DNA of 64,000 bases. Source: an uncultured Collinsella sp. (GTDB lineage: Bacteria; Actinomycetota; Coriobacteriia; Coriobacteriales; Coriobacteriaceae). The translations under genes were made by a program, and so were the position numbers. Below are positions 50,451 through 58,561 of this stretch, piece by piece; position 1 is the stretch's first letter, and each line of letters starts with the position of its first letter. The notes beneath the pieces were generated by a model. That model was not told where the DNA came from and ran no database searches. It worked only from the letters and a program-made list of their open reading frames with translations. The DNA is taken from positions 12,682 to 76,681 of the forward strand of contig CATYDM010000004.1 in the NCBI GenBank assembly GCA_958405195.1. Direction: 5' to 3'.

Positions 50451-50807
50451 ATGCACGAGGTTGGCATTGTCAACGGCATACTCGATACAGTGATTCGCGC
50501 GGCGCGTGGGGCGGGGGCCTCGCGCGCCGTTTTGGTAACGCTGCGTATCGGGGATATGACCGAGGTCGTGCGCGAGGCGCTTGACTTTGCGTGGGAGACG
50601 TTTCGCGACGAGGACTCGCTCACGCGCGGCTGCGAGCTTGCCGTGGAGGAAGTCCATCCACAAAGCGAGTGTCTGGACTGCGGTGAGGTCTTTGAGCACG
50701 ACCGTTTCCATTGCCGTTGTCCCCAATGTGGCGGTGCCAACGTGCGTCTGCTGCATGGCCGCGAACTCGACATCGCAAGTATCGAGATCGAGACCCCCGA
50801 CGATTAG
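50451..50807 (+). CDS. hypA: Hydrogenase maturation nickel metallochaperone
   Basis: MHE start, two CxxC, GREL. Confidence 0.95.
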   Translation: MHEVGIVNGILDTVIRAARGAGASRAVLVTLRIGDMTEVVREALDFAWETFRDEDSLTRGCELAVEEVHPQSECLDCGEVFEHDRFHCRCPQCGGANVRLLHGRELDIASIEIETPDD

Positions 50808-50862
50808 CACGCTCGCCATCTAGCGATGGGGTATAAAAGGGCCAAAGTAAGGAGCGCTAAGT

Positions 50863-51546
50863 ATGGCCGAGAAAACGATTGATATCGCGTCGCCGATTCT
50901 GTCGCGCAACGAGCGCCTGGCAGATCAGCTGCGTCAGCGGTTTGAGCAGACGAACACCTACGTGATCAATGTGCTGTCGAGCCCTGGCTCGGGTAAGACC
51001 ACCACGATTCTGGGCACCAACGAGCGCTTGCGTGACAAAGCCAGCCTGCGCTGTGCCGTTATCGAGGGCGATATCGCCTCGGACGTCGACGCCATCACCA
51101 TGAAGGAAGCCGGCATGCCCGCCATCCAGATCAACACGGGCGGCCTGTGCCACCTCGAGGGCAACATGATCATGGAGGCCGTCGACGCCTTCGACCAGGC
51201 CGTCGGTCTGGAGAACATCGACGTCATCTTTATCGAAAATGTGGGTAACCTGGTCTGCCCGGTCGACTTTGACTTGGGCGAGAACCTGTCCATCATGATC
51301 CTCTCGGTGCCCGAGGGCGACGACAAGCCCATCAAGTATCCGGGCATCTTCCAGCACGCCGGCGCGCAGCTGCTCAATAAGGTCGACGTGGCCCCGGCTT
51401 TCGATTTTGACATGGATAGGTATACTAAGACACTCGATGACCTCAATCCGCAGGCGCCGCGGTTTGCCGTGAGCGCGCACAAGGGCGAGGGCATGGATGC
51501 CTGGTGCGATTGGCTCATCGGGCAGATTGAGCAAGCAAGGGCGTAA
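50863..51546 (+). CDS. hypB: Hydrogenase nickel incorporation GTPase
   Basis: SSPGSGKT, IEGD, CHL, ENVGNLVCP, EGDDKP.KYP, NKVD. Confidence 0.96.
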   Translation: MAEKTIDIASPILSRNERLADQLRQRFEQTNTYVINVLSSPGSGKTTTILGTNERLRDKASLRCAVIEGDIASDVDAITMKEAGMPAIQINTGGLCHLEGNMIMEAVDAFDQAVGLENIDVIFIENVGNLVCPVDFDLGENLSIMILSVPEGDDKPIKYPGIFQHAGAQLLNKVDVAPAFDFDMDRYTKTLDDLNPQAPRFAVSAHKGEGMDAWCDWLIGQIEQARA

Positions 51547-51600
51547 GTCGGCCGCCATACGGGCGGGCGTAGCCGCAGAGATACGAGATAGGAGCCTCTT

Positions 51601-54210
51601 TTGAAGCTCATCATCGCCGAGAAAAACGACGCCGCGCGTCAGATTGCCGAGCGTCTGTCCACGGGCAAGCCCAAAAAGGACAAGGTGTACAACACCGCCA
51701 TCTACCGTTTTGAGTGGAAGGGCGAGGAGTGCGTGACGATCGGCCTTGCCGGTCACATCCTGGCACCCGATTTTTGCGACAGTGTGCTGTTCGATAAAAA
51801 GTTGGGCTGGTATTCGGTCACGGAGGACGGCGAAATGCTGCCGGCCGATATGCCCGATGGCCTGGCCCGCCCGCCGTACGACACCAAGCGCAAGCCGTTC
51901 CTTGCCGATGGCATTTCCATCAAGGGCTGGAAGCTCGAGAGCCTGCCCTATCTCACCTGGGCGCCCGTCATTAAGCTTCCGGCCGAGAAAGAGCTCATCC
52001 GCTCGCTTAAGAACCTCGCCAAAAAGTCCGACAGCGTCATCATCGCCACGGACTTCGATCGCGAGGGCGAGCTGATTGGCTCGGACGCCCTCAACAAAGT
52101 GCGCGAGGTTGCGCCGGACTTGCCGGTCGCCCGTGCCCAGTATTCTTCGTTTACCAAGGCCGAGATCACGCACGCCTTCGATAATCTCGTCTCGCTCGAC
52201 CAGAACCTGGCCGACGCCGGCGAGAGCCGTCAGCACATCGACCTTATCTGGGGCGCGGTGCTCACGCGCTATCTGACGCTCGCCAAGTTTGGCGGCTTTG
52301 GCAACGTGCGTTCCGCCGGTCGTGTGCAGACGCCGACGCTTGCCCTGGTGGTCGAGCGCGAGCGCGAGCGTATGGCGTTTGTGCCCGAGGACTATTGGCA
52401 GATTCGCGGTATGGGTGCCGCGCAGGGTGCCGCCGAGGACGACCGCTTTAAGATCGCGCACAAGACAGCGCGCTTTACCGACAAGGATGCTGCCGAGACG
52501 GCGTATGGTCACGTCGACGGTGCCAAGACGGCGACCGTTGCCGCGGTGACCAAGCGCTCGCGTAAGCAGCAGCCTCCCACGCCGTTTGCGACGACCTCGC
52601 TGCAGGCTGCCGCTGCGGCCGAGGGCATCTCGCCTGCGCGTACGATGCGAATCGCCGAGTCCCTCTACATGGCCGGTCTCATCAGCTACCCGCGTGTCGA
52701 CAATACCGTGTACCCTGCGACGCTCGATCTGGGCGCCGTGGTGAGCGACCTGGCAAAGATCAACCCGGCGCTGGCGCCCGTGTGCAAAAAGGTGCTCGCC
52801 GGTCCCATGAAGCCCACGCGCGGCAAGGTCGAGACTACCGACCATCCGCCGATCTATCCCACGGGCGAGGGCGATCCGTCCACGCTCGACGGCGGCCAGC
52901 GCAAGCTCTACGACCTCATTGCCCGCCGCTTCCTGGCAACGCTCATGGGGCCCGCGACCATCGAGAACACCAAGCTCGAGCTCGACGTCAACGGCGAGCC
53001 GTTCGTGGCTTCGGGCGACGTGCTCGTGACCCCGGGCTTCCGCGAGGCGTATCCGTATGGACTTAAGCGCGACGAGCAGATGCCGCCGCTGGAGCAGGGC
53101 GATACGGTCGACGTTTTCGACATTAAACTCGAGGCCAAGCAGACCGAGCCGCCCGCGCGCTACAGCCAGGGCAAGCTCGTGCAGGAGATGGAAAAGCGCG
53201 GCCTGGGCACCAAGTCCACGCGCGCGAGCATCATCGAGCGCCTGTATGCCGTGCGCTATCTCAAAAATGATCCCGTGGAGCCGAGCCAGCTGGGCATCGC
53301 CATTATCGATGCACTGTCGCAGTTTGCCCCGCGCATCACGAGCCCCGATATGACCAGCGAGCTCGACGGCGACATGACCCGCGTGGAGCGCGGCGAGGAC
53401 ACCGAAGAACATGTCGTGACGCACTCGCGCACGCTGCTGGCCGGCGTGCTCGACGAGCTGCTCAAACATACGCAGGAACTGGGCGACGCCATCAGCGACG
53501 CCGTCACGGCCGATGCGCGCGTGGGCGCTTGCCCCAAGTGCGGTAAGGACCTGGTTATGAAGACGAGCGCCAAGACCCGCGGCAGCTTTATCGGCTGCAT
53601 GGGCTGGCCCGACTGCGATGTGACCTATCCGGTGCCGAGCGGCGTCAAGGTGAGCCCGCTCGAGGGCGAGGCGGCCGTGTGCCCCGAGTGCGGCGCGCCG
53701 CGCATTAAGTGCCAGCCGTTCCGCCAGAAGGCCTTCGAGATTTGCGTGAACCCCACGTGCCCCACCAACTACGAGCCTGACCTTAAGGTGGGCGAGTGCA
53801 AGGTGTGCGCCGAGGCCGGACGCCATGGCGACCTGATCGCGCACAAGAGCGAGAAGAGCGGCAAGCGCTTTATCCGCTGCACCAACTACGATGACTGCGG
53901 CGTGAGCTATCCTCTGCCGGCGCGCGGTAAGCTCGAGGCGACGGGCGAGACCTGCCCCGAGTGCGGCGCCCCCATCGTGGTGGTCAACACGGCGCGCGGT
54001 CCGTGGCGCATCTGCGTGAACATGGACTGCCCGACCAAGGAGAAGAAGCCCGCCCGCGGCCGCAAGACCACAACCAAGGCGAGCACGGCGAAGAAGACAA
54101 CGGCGGCCAAAAAGACGACGGCTAAGAAAGCCACTGCCGCCAAGAAGACGACCGCGAAGAAGTCAACTGCGAAGAAGTCGACTGCCAAAAAGACCGCTGC
54201 CGACAAGTAG
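51601..54210 (+). CDS. topA: Type IA DNA topoisomerase with zinc ribbons and Lys-rich tail
   Basis: IAEK, ATDFDREGE, SAGRVQTP, ISYPR active Tyr, LGTKSTR, multiple CxxC ribbons. Confidence 0.93.
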   Translation: MKLIIAEKNDAARQIAERLSTGKPKKDKVYNTAIYRFEWKGEECVTIGLAGHILAPDFCDSVLFDKKLGWYSVTEDGEMLPADMPDGLARPPYDTKRKPFLADGISIKGWKLESLPYLTWAPVIKLPAEKELIRSLKNLAKKSDSVIIATDFDREGELIGSDALNKVREVAPDLPVARAQYSSFTKAEITHAFDNLVSLDQNLADAGESRQHIDLIWGAVLTRYLTLAKFGGFGNVRSAGRVQTPTLALVVERERERMAFVPEDYWQIRGMGAAQGAAEDDRFKIAHKTARFTDKDAAETAYGHVDGAKTATVAAVTKRSRKQQPPTPFATTSLQAAAAAEGISPARTMRIAESLYMAGLISYPRVDNTVYPATLDLGAVVSDLAKINPALAPVCKKVLAGPMKPTRGKVETTDHPPIYPTGEGDPSTLDGGQRKLYDLIARRFLATLMGPATIENTKLELDVNGEPFVASGDVLVTPGFREAYPYGLKRDEQMPPLEQGDTVDVFDIKLEAKQTEPPARYSQGKLVQEMEKRGLGTKSTRASIIERLYAVRYLKNDPVEPSQLGIAIIDALSQFAPRITSPDMTSELDGDMTRVERGEDTEEHVVTHSRTLLAGVLDELLKHTQELGDAISDAVTADARVGACPKCGKDLVMKTSAKTRGSFIGCMGWPDCDVTYPVPSGVKVSPLEGEAAVCPECGAPRIKCQPFRQKAFEICVNPTCPTNYEPDLKVGECKVCAEAGRHGDLIAHKSEKSGKRFIRCTNYDDCGVSYPLPARGKLEATGETCPECGAPIVVVNTARGPWRICVNMDCPTKEKKPARGRKTTTKASTAKKTTAAKKTTAKKATAAKKTTAKKSTAKKSTAKKTAADK

Positions 54211-54237
54211 CCGCACGGTCGAAACATCACCTAGAAC

Positions 54238-54276
54238 AAAAACGAGCGAGGACCTCAAGATCCTCGCTCGTTTTTT
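54238..54276 (+). terminator. Intrinsic terminator after topA
   Basis: AAAAACGAGCGAGGA...TCCTCGCTCGTTTTTT. Confidence 0.85.
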
Positions 54277-54522
54277 ATCCGGCAGTTAGGGACGTTCCTT
54301 TTCTGCCGGGCGGCGAAAGAGTGCGCCCAACGACCAGCCGTTTAAGAGCGCCCCCGATACATAGTTGTCGGAACCTGGTCGTCTGTTGATAAAAAAGAAA
54401 CCGCTAACGGACAAAATGGCGCCTTTTGCGGATTAGTTGCTGTGCCGGAAAATAAATTGTCAGAACCAGGCGATAATTAAATTGCCGCGGCTGTCGTTAC
54501 ATATGACACGTGACAGGAGGAC

Positions 54523-55029
54523 ATGATGAAAAAAATGCCCAAGTTGTTGTTAGCAATGGTTGTCCTATTTTTCGCCACCGGATTTATTTTATTGCCCTCC
54601 GCAAATGCTTCTGAGTATTTGACGCCCGCCGACGCATGCTTCGATTTGAATGATGGGCCGAAACAAGAACGTACTATCGAGCTGTCAGATGGCTCTACAG
54701 GTGTTTTTGGGATAGAGAAAGAGCAAGCTGATGTTGCCCCGATTTGGGACGGCTACTACAACGCTACTGATGGGAATTGGAAGGTTTACTTCTATACTGG
54801 AGTGCTCGATGCTGAGTACTGGATATCAATCAAGAACTACAACATTACATCGTGGTGGGGCCATAAAGCATCTTCCGTTGGCGGTGCCTTATCGAATTTC
54901 AGTAAGAGTTTTTCTTCCAAACGAACAAAGTGGAGCTTTCTTTTTACCGGAGTAGGCGGTATGGCGTCTGCGACTTATACTCTTGGAGCTGAAATAAATG
55001 GCTCTCGGCTGCATACATATCTAGCGTGA
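54523..55029 (+). CDS. AT-rich secreted hypothetical protein (possibly DUF5626-like)
   Basis: AGGAGG SD, signal peptide ending ANA, beta-rich aromatic mature part; low GC. Confidence 0.8.
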   Translation: MMKKMPKLLLAMVVLFFATGFILLPSANASEYLTPADACFDLNDGPKQERTIELSDGSTGVFGIEKEQADVAPIWDGYYNATDGNWKVYFYTGVLDAEYWISIKNYNITSWWGHKASSVGGALSNFSKSFSSKRTKWSFLFTGVGGMASATYTLGAEINGSRLHTYLA

Positions 55030-55035
55030 TTCAAT

Positions 55036-55188
55036 ATGGGCGTGTTGGGCAAGATCAACATTGGCGGAGAGGTTTCCCTCCTGGCAATAGTTCTGGTTGA
55101 GATCGGGATCGTCGCTGCGGTGATCTATCTCGTTTGCAAGTTGATAAAGGCTCTCAAAAAGGTTATTGAACGAACCAAACAAGAGTAG
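55036..55188 (+). CDS. 50-aa single-TM protein (below the ORF-track cutoff)
   Basis: MGVLGKINIGGEVSLLAIVLVEIGIVAAVIYLVCKLIKALKKVIERTKQE; 6 bp after the upstream stop. Confidence 0.6.
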   Translation: MGVLGKINIGGEVSLLAIVLVEIGIVAAVIYLVCKLIKALKKVIERTKQE

Positions 55189-55319
55189 GCGGTCAGTCCG
55201 CTCGATTTCGAATCCATTTCAGCGGGTGCCATCCTCTCTGTCTGCTTATCTGTGGGCGGAGAGGATTTTTCTATGACTGAGACCGCATCAGCGCCAAATC
55301 CACGCCTATCCACGACCCG

Positions 55320-55562
55320 TCACCTGGGGACGTTCCTTTCCAGCCGGTGCTTGGGGAGACTCCTTGCCACCCGGTCGTCGTGGATGTTCTTAAACGACTA
55401 GCGATCGGGGACAGCCCTTGCCGATTGGCCGGTTTGCCGTCCGGGTTGTCAAGGACTGTCCTTTTCTGCCGGCAGTTTAGGAACGTCCCCAACTGCCGCC
55501 TCAGGTAGTCATTGGGGACGTTCTTTAATGACTAGTCGTTTAAGAACGTCGCATGCGACTAG
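55320..55562. repeat. Dense array of about 8 degenerate REP-like GGGAC-core units in both orientations
   Basis: GGGGACGTTCCTT, GGGGAGACTCCTT, GGATGTTCTTA, GGGGACAGCCCTT, AAGGACTGTCC, TAGGAACGTCCCC, GGGGACGTTCTTT, TAAGAACGTC. Confidence 0.8.
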
Positions 55563-56542
55563 TTCACCTCGACAGGCTTAGCGCCGGGATAGCGCTCCTC
55601 AAAGTCTAGGCGGTACTTATTGTCATTGGTGCCCGCCACGTTGTCGCGCGACAGCGGCGCCACGATCTCATTCTTGTGGTCCGCAGGCTTGGCGTATTTC
55701 AGGCTGATCTCCCAGGCATCACAGATTGCGTCAATGCGGTGATCCAGGTCGTCGTACAGGGCGATGATATCCTTCCAGGAGCTGTAGTTCTTGGAGCTCG
55801 TCGGGACGTCCAGGTCCTCGACGATGTCGTAATACTGCTCGATGGTGTCCTCCGTGCGCTCGGCGACGTCGGCGAGATTTTGACGGGTGGTTCGATCCTC
55901 TTCCAGATAGTTGCCGTTGAAGTTCTGCGCGCAGCCACGGACCTGGCTGTCGAGATCTTCGAGCAGGTCGTAGTATTCGCTCAGGCGACGGTAGAGGTTC
56001 TGCTCGGAGAGCGTTGCTTCGCCGCCATCCTCGTCGTCATCGTCATCATCGTCGTACAGGCTGTTGGGATTGCCGAGAGGCTTTAGGTCATCGTCGTCGA
56101 CGTCATGGTGCAGCTTAGCTACCTCGGCAGTCGTCTGCGTGGCGGCGTTGTCGAACGGTCTGATCGCAAAGAAGATGACCAGGGCGATGATGATCGCCAC
56201 CAGCACAACGATAACGGCGATAAGCGGCCCGGTGCCGCTCTTTTTGGGAGCGGGGGTCTGTGGCGAAGCGGGCGCGTATGCGGGAGCCGGCTGCTGTTGG
56301 GGCGAGCCGCTCGCGACGGGTATGCGCTGCGTGGTCTCGACGGCCTCGGTCCTTGCGGCGGGGTCGGGGCTATAGGCGAGGGGGTCGTCCGCCTTGGCTT
56401 GCGGCGTATCAAGGGAGCCGGTCTGCTCAAAAGCGGGCTGGCTATCGCTCGCGGCTGTTTGCTCAACGGGTGCACCGCACGAGGTGCAGAACTTGGCATT
56501 ATCTTCAAGAAGCTTGCCGCACGAGGCGCAATACCGAGACAT
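55559..56542 (-). CDS. Zinc-ribbon domain membrane protein
   Basis: YCASCG...FCTSCG, Pro/Ala linker, single TM, acidic helical outer domain. Confidence 0.88.
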   Translation of the reverse strand: MSRYCASCGKLLEDNAKFCTSCGAPVEQTAASDSQPAFEQTGSLDTPQAKADDPLAYSPDPAARTEAVETTQRIPVASGSPQQQPAPAYAPASPQTPAPKKSGTGPLIAVIVVLVAIIIALVIFFAIRPFDNAATQTTAEVAKLHHDVDDDDLKPLGNPNSLYDDDDDDDEDGGEATLSEQNLYRRLSEYYDLLEDLDSQVRGCAQNFNGNYLEEDRTTRQNLADVAERTEDTIEQYYDIVEDLDVPTSSKNYSSWKDIIALYDDLDHRIDAICDAWEISLKYAKPADHKNEIVAPLSRDNVAGTNDNKYRLDFEERYPGAKPVEVN

Positions 56543-56600
56543 TGCCACTCCTTTCGCCACATTTCAATGCAATACGACGATTATACCCACTGCCCCAAGA

Positions 56601-56662
56601 AGCCGGCAGTTAGGGACGTTCCTTATCTGCCGGCAGTTTAGGAACGTCCCTAACTGTCGGCT
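56601..56662. repeat. REP-like GGGAC-core inverted doublet
   Basis: GGCAGTTAGGGACGTTCCTTATCTGCC followed by GGCAGTTTAGGAACGTCCCTAACTGTC. Confidence 0.85.
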
Positions 56663-56748
56663 AATCGTTGGGGCGCGCCTGTCCCTGGGGTATCATGGCT
56701 TGGTTGATATATCCGCATTTACGCGCCTTGTAGGAAGGGGCTGCGTCC

Positions 56749-57432
56749 ATGGCTTTTGAGCCCGCTCAACATAGCTTTATCACGCTCGAGGGCGTCGACG
56801 GTGCCGGCAAGTCCACGCAGGCGCGCCTGCTTGCTCGCGCGCTCGAGCTCGCTGGCCACCAGGTTGTGAGCCTGCGCGAACCGGGCGGCACCGCCATCAG
56901 CGAAAAGATCCGCGCCCTGCTGCTCGACCCCGCCAATATGGCGATGGGCGATACCTGCGAGCTGTTGCTCTACGAGGCCGCGCGTGCCCAGCTGGTGCAC
57001 GAGGTCATAGCCCCCGCCCTCGCTGCCGGCAAGGTGGTCCTGTGCGATCGCTTCTACGATTCCACGACCTGCTACCAGGCGTTTGCCGACGGCCTCGATC
57101 GCCAGATGGTGCGCGACGCCAACAACCTGGCCGTCGCGGGAACGCACCCGGCGCTCACACTCGTCTACCGCATCACGCCCGAGCAGGCGGCGCTACGCAT
57201 GGCAGCCCGTGGCGCGGCAGATCGCATGGAGGCTAAGGGCATGGCATTCCAGGAGCGTGTGTACCAGGGATTTTGTGCCATTGCTGCCGAGGAGCCAAAC
57301 CGCGTAAAGCTCATCGACGCCACTACGACCGTCGAGGAAGTTTTCGAGAAGACGGTCGAGCAGGTTCGCGCGTACGGTCTCGATATCCCCCAGGATGCTG
57401 TCGCCGCCGCGCTTGCCAAGGAGGCCGAGTAA
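56749..57432 (+). CDS. tmk: Thymidylate kinase
   Basis: FITLEGVDGAGKSTQ, REPGGT, CDRF. Confidence 0.97.
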   Translation: MAFEPAQHSFITLEGVDGAGKSTQARLLARALELAGHQVVSLREPGGTAISEKIRALLLDPANMAMGDTCELLLYEAARAQLVHEVIAPALAAGKVVLCDRFYDSTTCYQAFADGLDRQMVRDANNLAVAGTHPALTLVYRITPEQAALRMAARGAADRMEAKGMAFQERVYQGFCAIAAEEPNRVKLIDATTTVEEVFEKTVEQVRAYGLDIPQDAVAAALAKEAE

Positions 57433-57433
57433 C

Positions 57434-58561
57434 ATGGCCCCCGCTCAGGCAAGCCTGCTGGCCAAGCTCGACACCCAAGAGCGCGTGCGCGACTTTTTGA
57501 CCAATGCCGTCGCCAGCGGCCGTGCATCGCACGCCTACCTGTTTTTGGGCGCCCCCGGCGCGGGCAAGCTCGATGCCGCGTGGGCGCTCGCCCAAGCCTT
57601 CCTGTGCGAGCAGGACGGCTGCGGCGCATGCGACAGTTGCGTGCGCGTCTCTCGGCATACGCATCCCGACGTGCACTATTACACGCCCGAGAGCGCCACG
57701 GGCTACCTTATTGCCCAGACCCGCGAGCTGCTCGATGACGTGCCGCTGGCACCCATTCGCGCCAAGGCCAAGGTCTACATCATCGACCGTGCCGAGCAAC
57801 TGCGCGCCAACACCGCCAACGCACTGCTCAAGACACTCGAGGAGCCGCCCGAGGGCGTTATGTTCATCTTGCTGGGCACCTCGGCAGACGTGATGCTGCC
57901 CACAATCGTGAGCCGCTGCCAGTGCGTGCCGTTTCGGCTGGTGTCGCCCGCCGTCGCCGCGCAGGCCGTGAGCCGCGCCACCGGTCAGGACCCTGCGCGT
58001 TGCCGCATGGCGGTCGCCGTGGCGGGAAGCCCCACACGCGGCATCGAGTTTCTTAAGAGCGCCGAGCGCCAGGATGCCCGCCGTCAGATGGTCCGTGCCA
58101 TCGACTCACTCATTGCCGCCGACGAGGCCGACGTGCTCAGTCGCGCCAAGTCGCTCATCGTCGCCGTCAAGGCGCCGCTCGCCGAGGTCAAGTCCACGCA
58201 GGAAAAGGTACTCGAGCAAAATGCCGACTACCTGTCGCGTGGAGCATTGAAGCAGCTTGAGGACCGCAACAAGCGCGAACTCAACGCACGCGAGCGTTCG
58301 GGTATCATGGAAGCGCTGGCGAGCGCGCGGACGCTCATGCGCGACGTGCTGCTGACGCTTCAGGATGAGGCGGCCGACGTCGTGAACGAGGATGTGCGCG
58401 ACACGATCGGTCGGCTTGCCGCCGCGACCAATGTTGCGGGTGCCACGGGGGCGCTCGAGGCAGTCGCGACCGCCGAGCGCAACATCGCCAGAAACGTTAC
58501 TCCCCAGCTGGCCATCGAGGTCATGCTGTTCGATATCAGGAAGGCACTGAAATGCCGTTAG
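57434..58561 (+). CDS. holB: DNA polymerase III subunit delta'
   Basis: HAYLF.G, C..CGACDSC, HPD, ANALLKTLEEP, TIVSRC. Confidence 0.93.
   Translation: MAPAQASLLAKLDTQERVRDFLTNAVASGRASHAYLFLGAPGAGKLDAAWALAQAFLCEQDGCGACDSCVRVSRHTHPDVHYYTPESATGYLIAQTRELLDDVPLAPIRAKAKVYIIDRAEQLRANTANALLKTLEEPPEGVMFILLGTSADVMLPTIVSRCQCVPFRLVSPAVAAQAVSRATGQDPARCRMAVAVAGSPTRGIEFLKSAERQDARRQMVRAIDSLIAADEADVLSRAKSLIVAVKAPLAEVKSTQEKVLEQNADYLSRGALKQLEDRNKRELNARERSGIMEALASARTLMRDVLLTLQDEAADVVNEDVRDTIGRLAAATNVAGATGALEAVATAERNIARNVTPQLAIEVMLFDIRKALKCR

Noticed and set aside
50857..53844. Long antisense ORFs (995 aa here; also 40665-42800, 27539-29596, 23588-25309, 9515-11059, 44112-45989, 47161-48960)
   Set aside because: Shadow frames opposite well-supported genes, expected with high GC3 codon bias; no recognisable motifs
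55320..55562. CRISPR array
   Set aside because: Units are degenerate, in mixed orientation, irregularly spaced and dispersed elsewhere; no unique constant-length spacers and no cas genes
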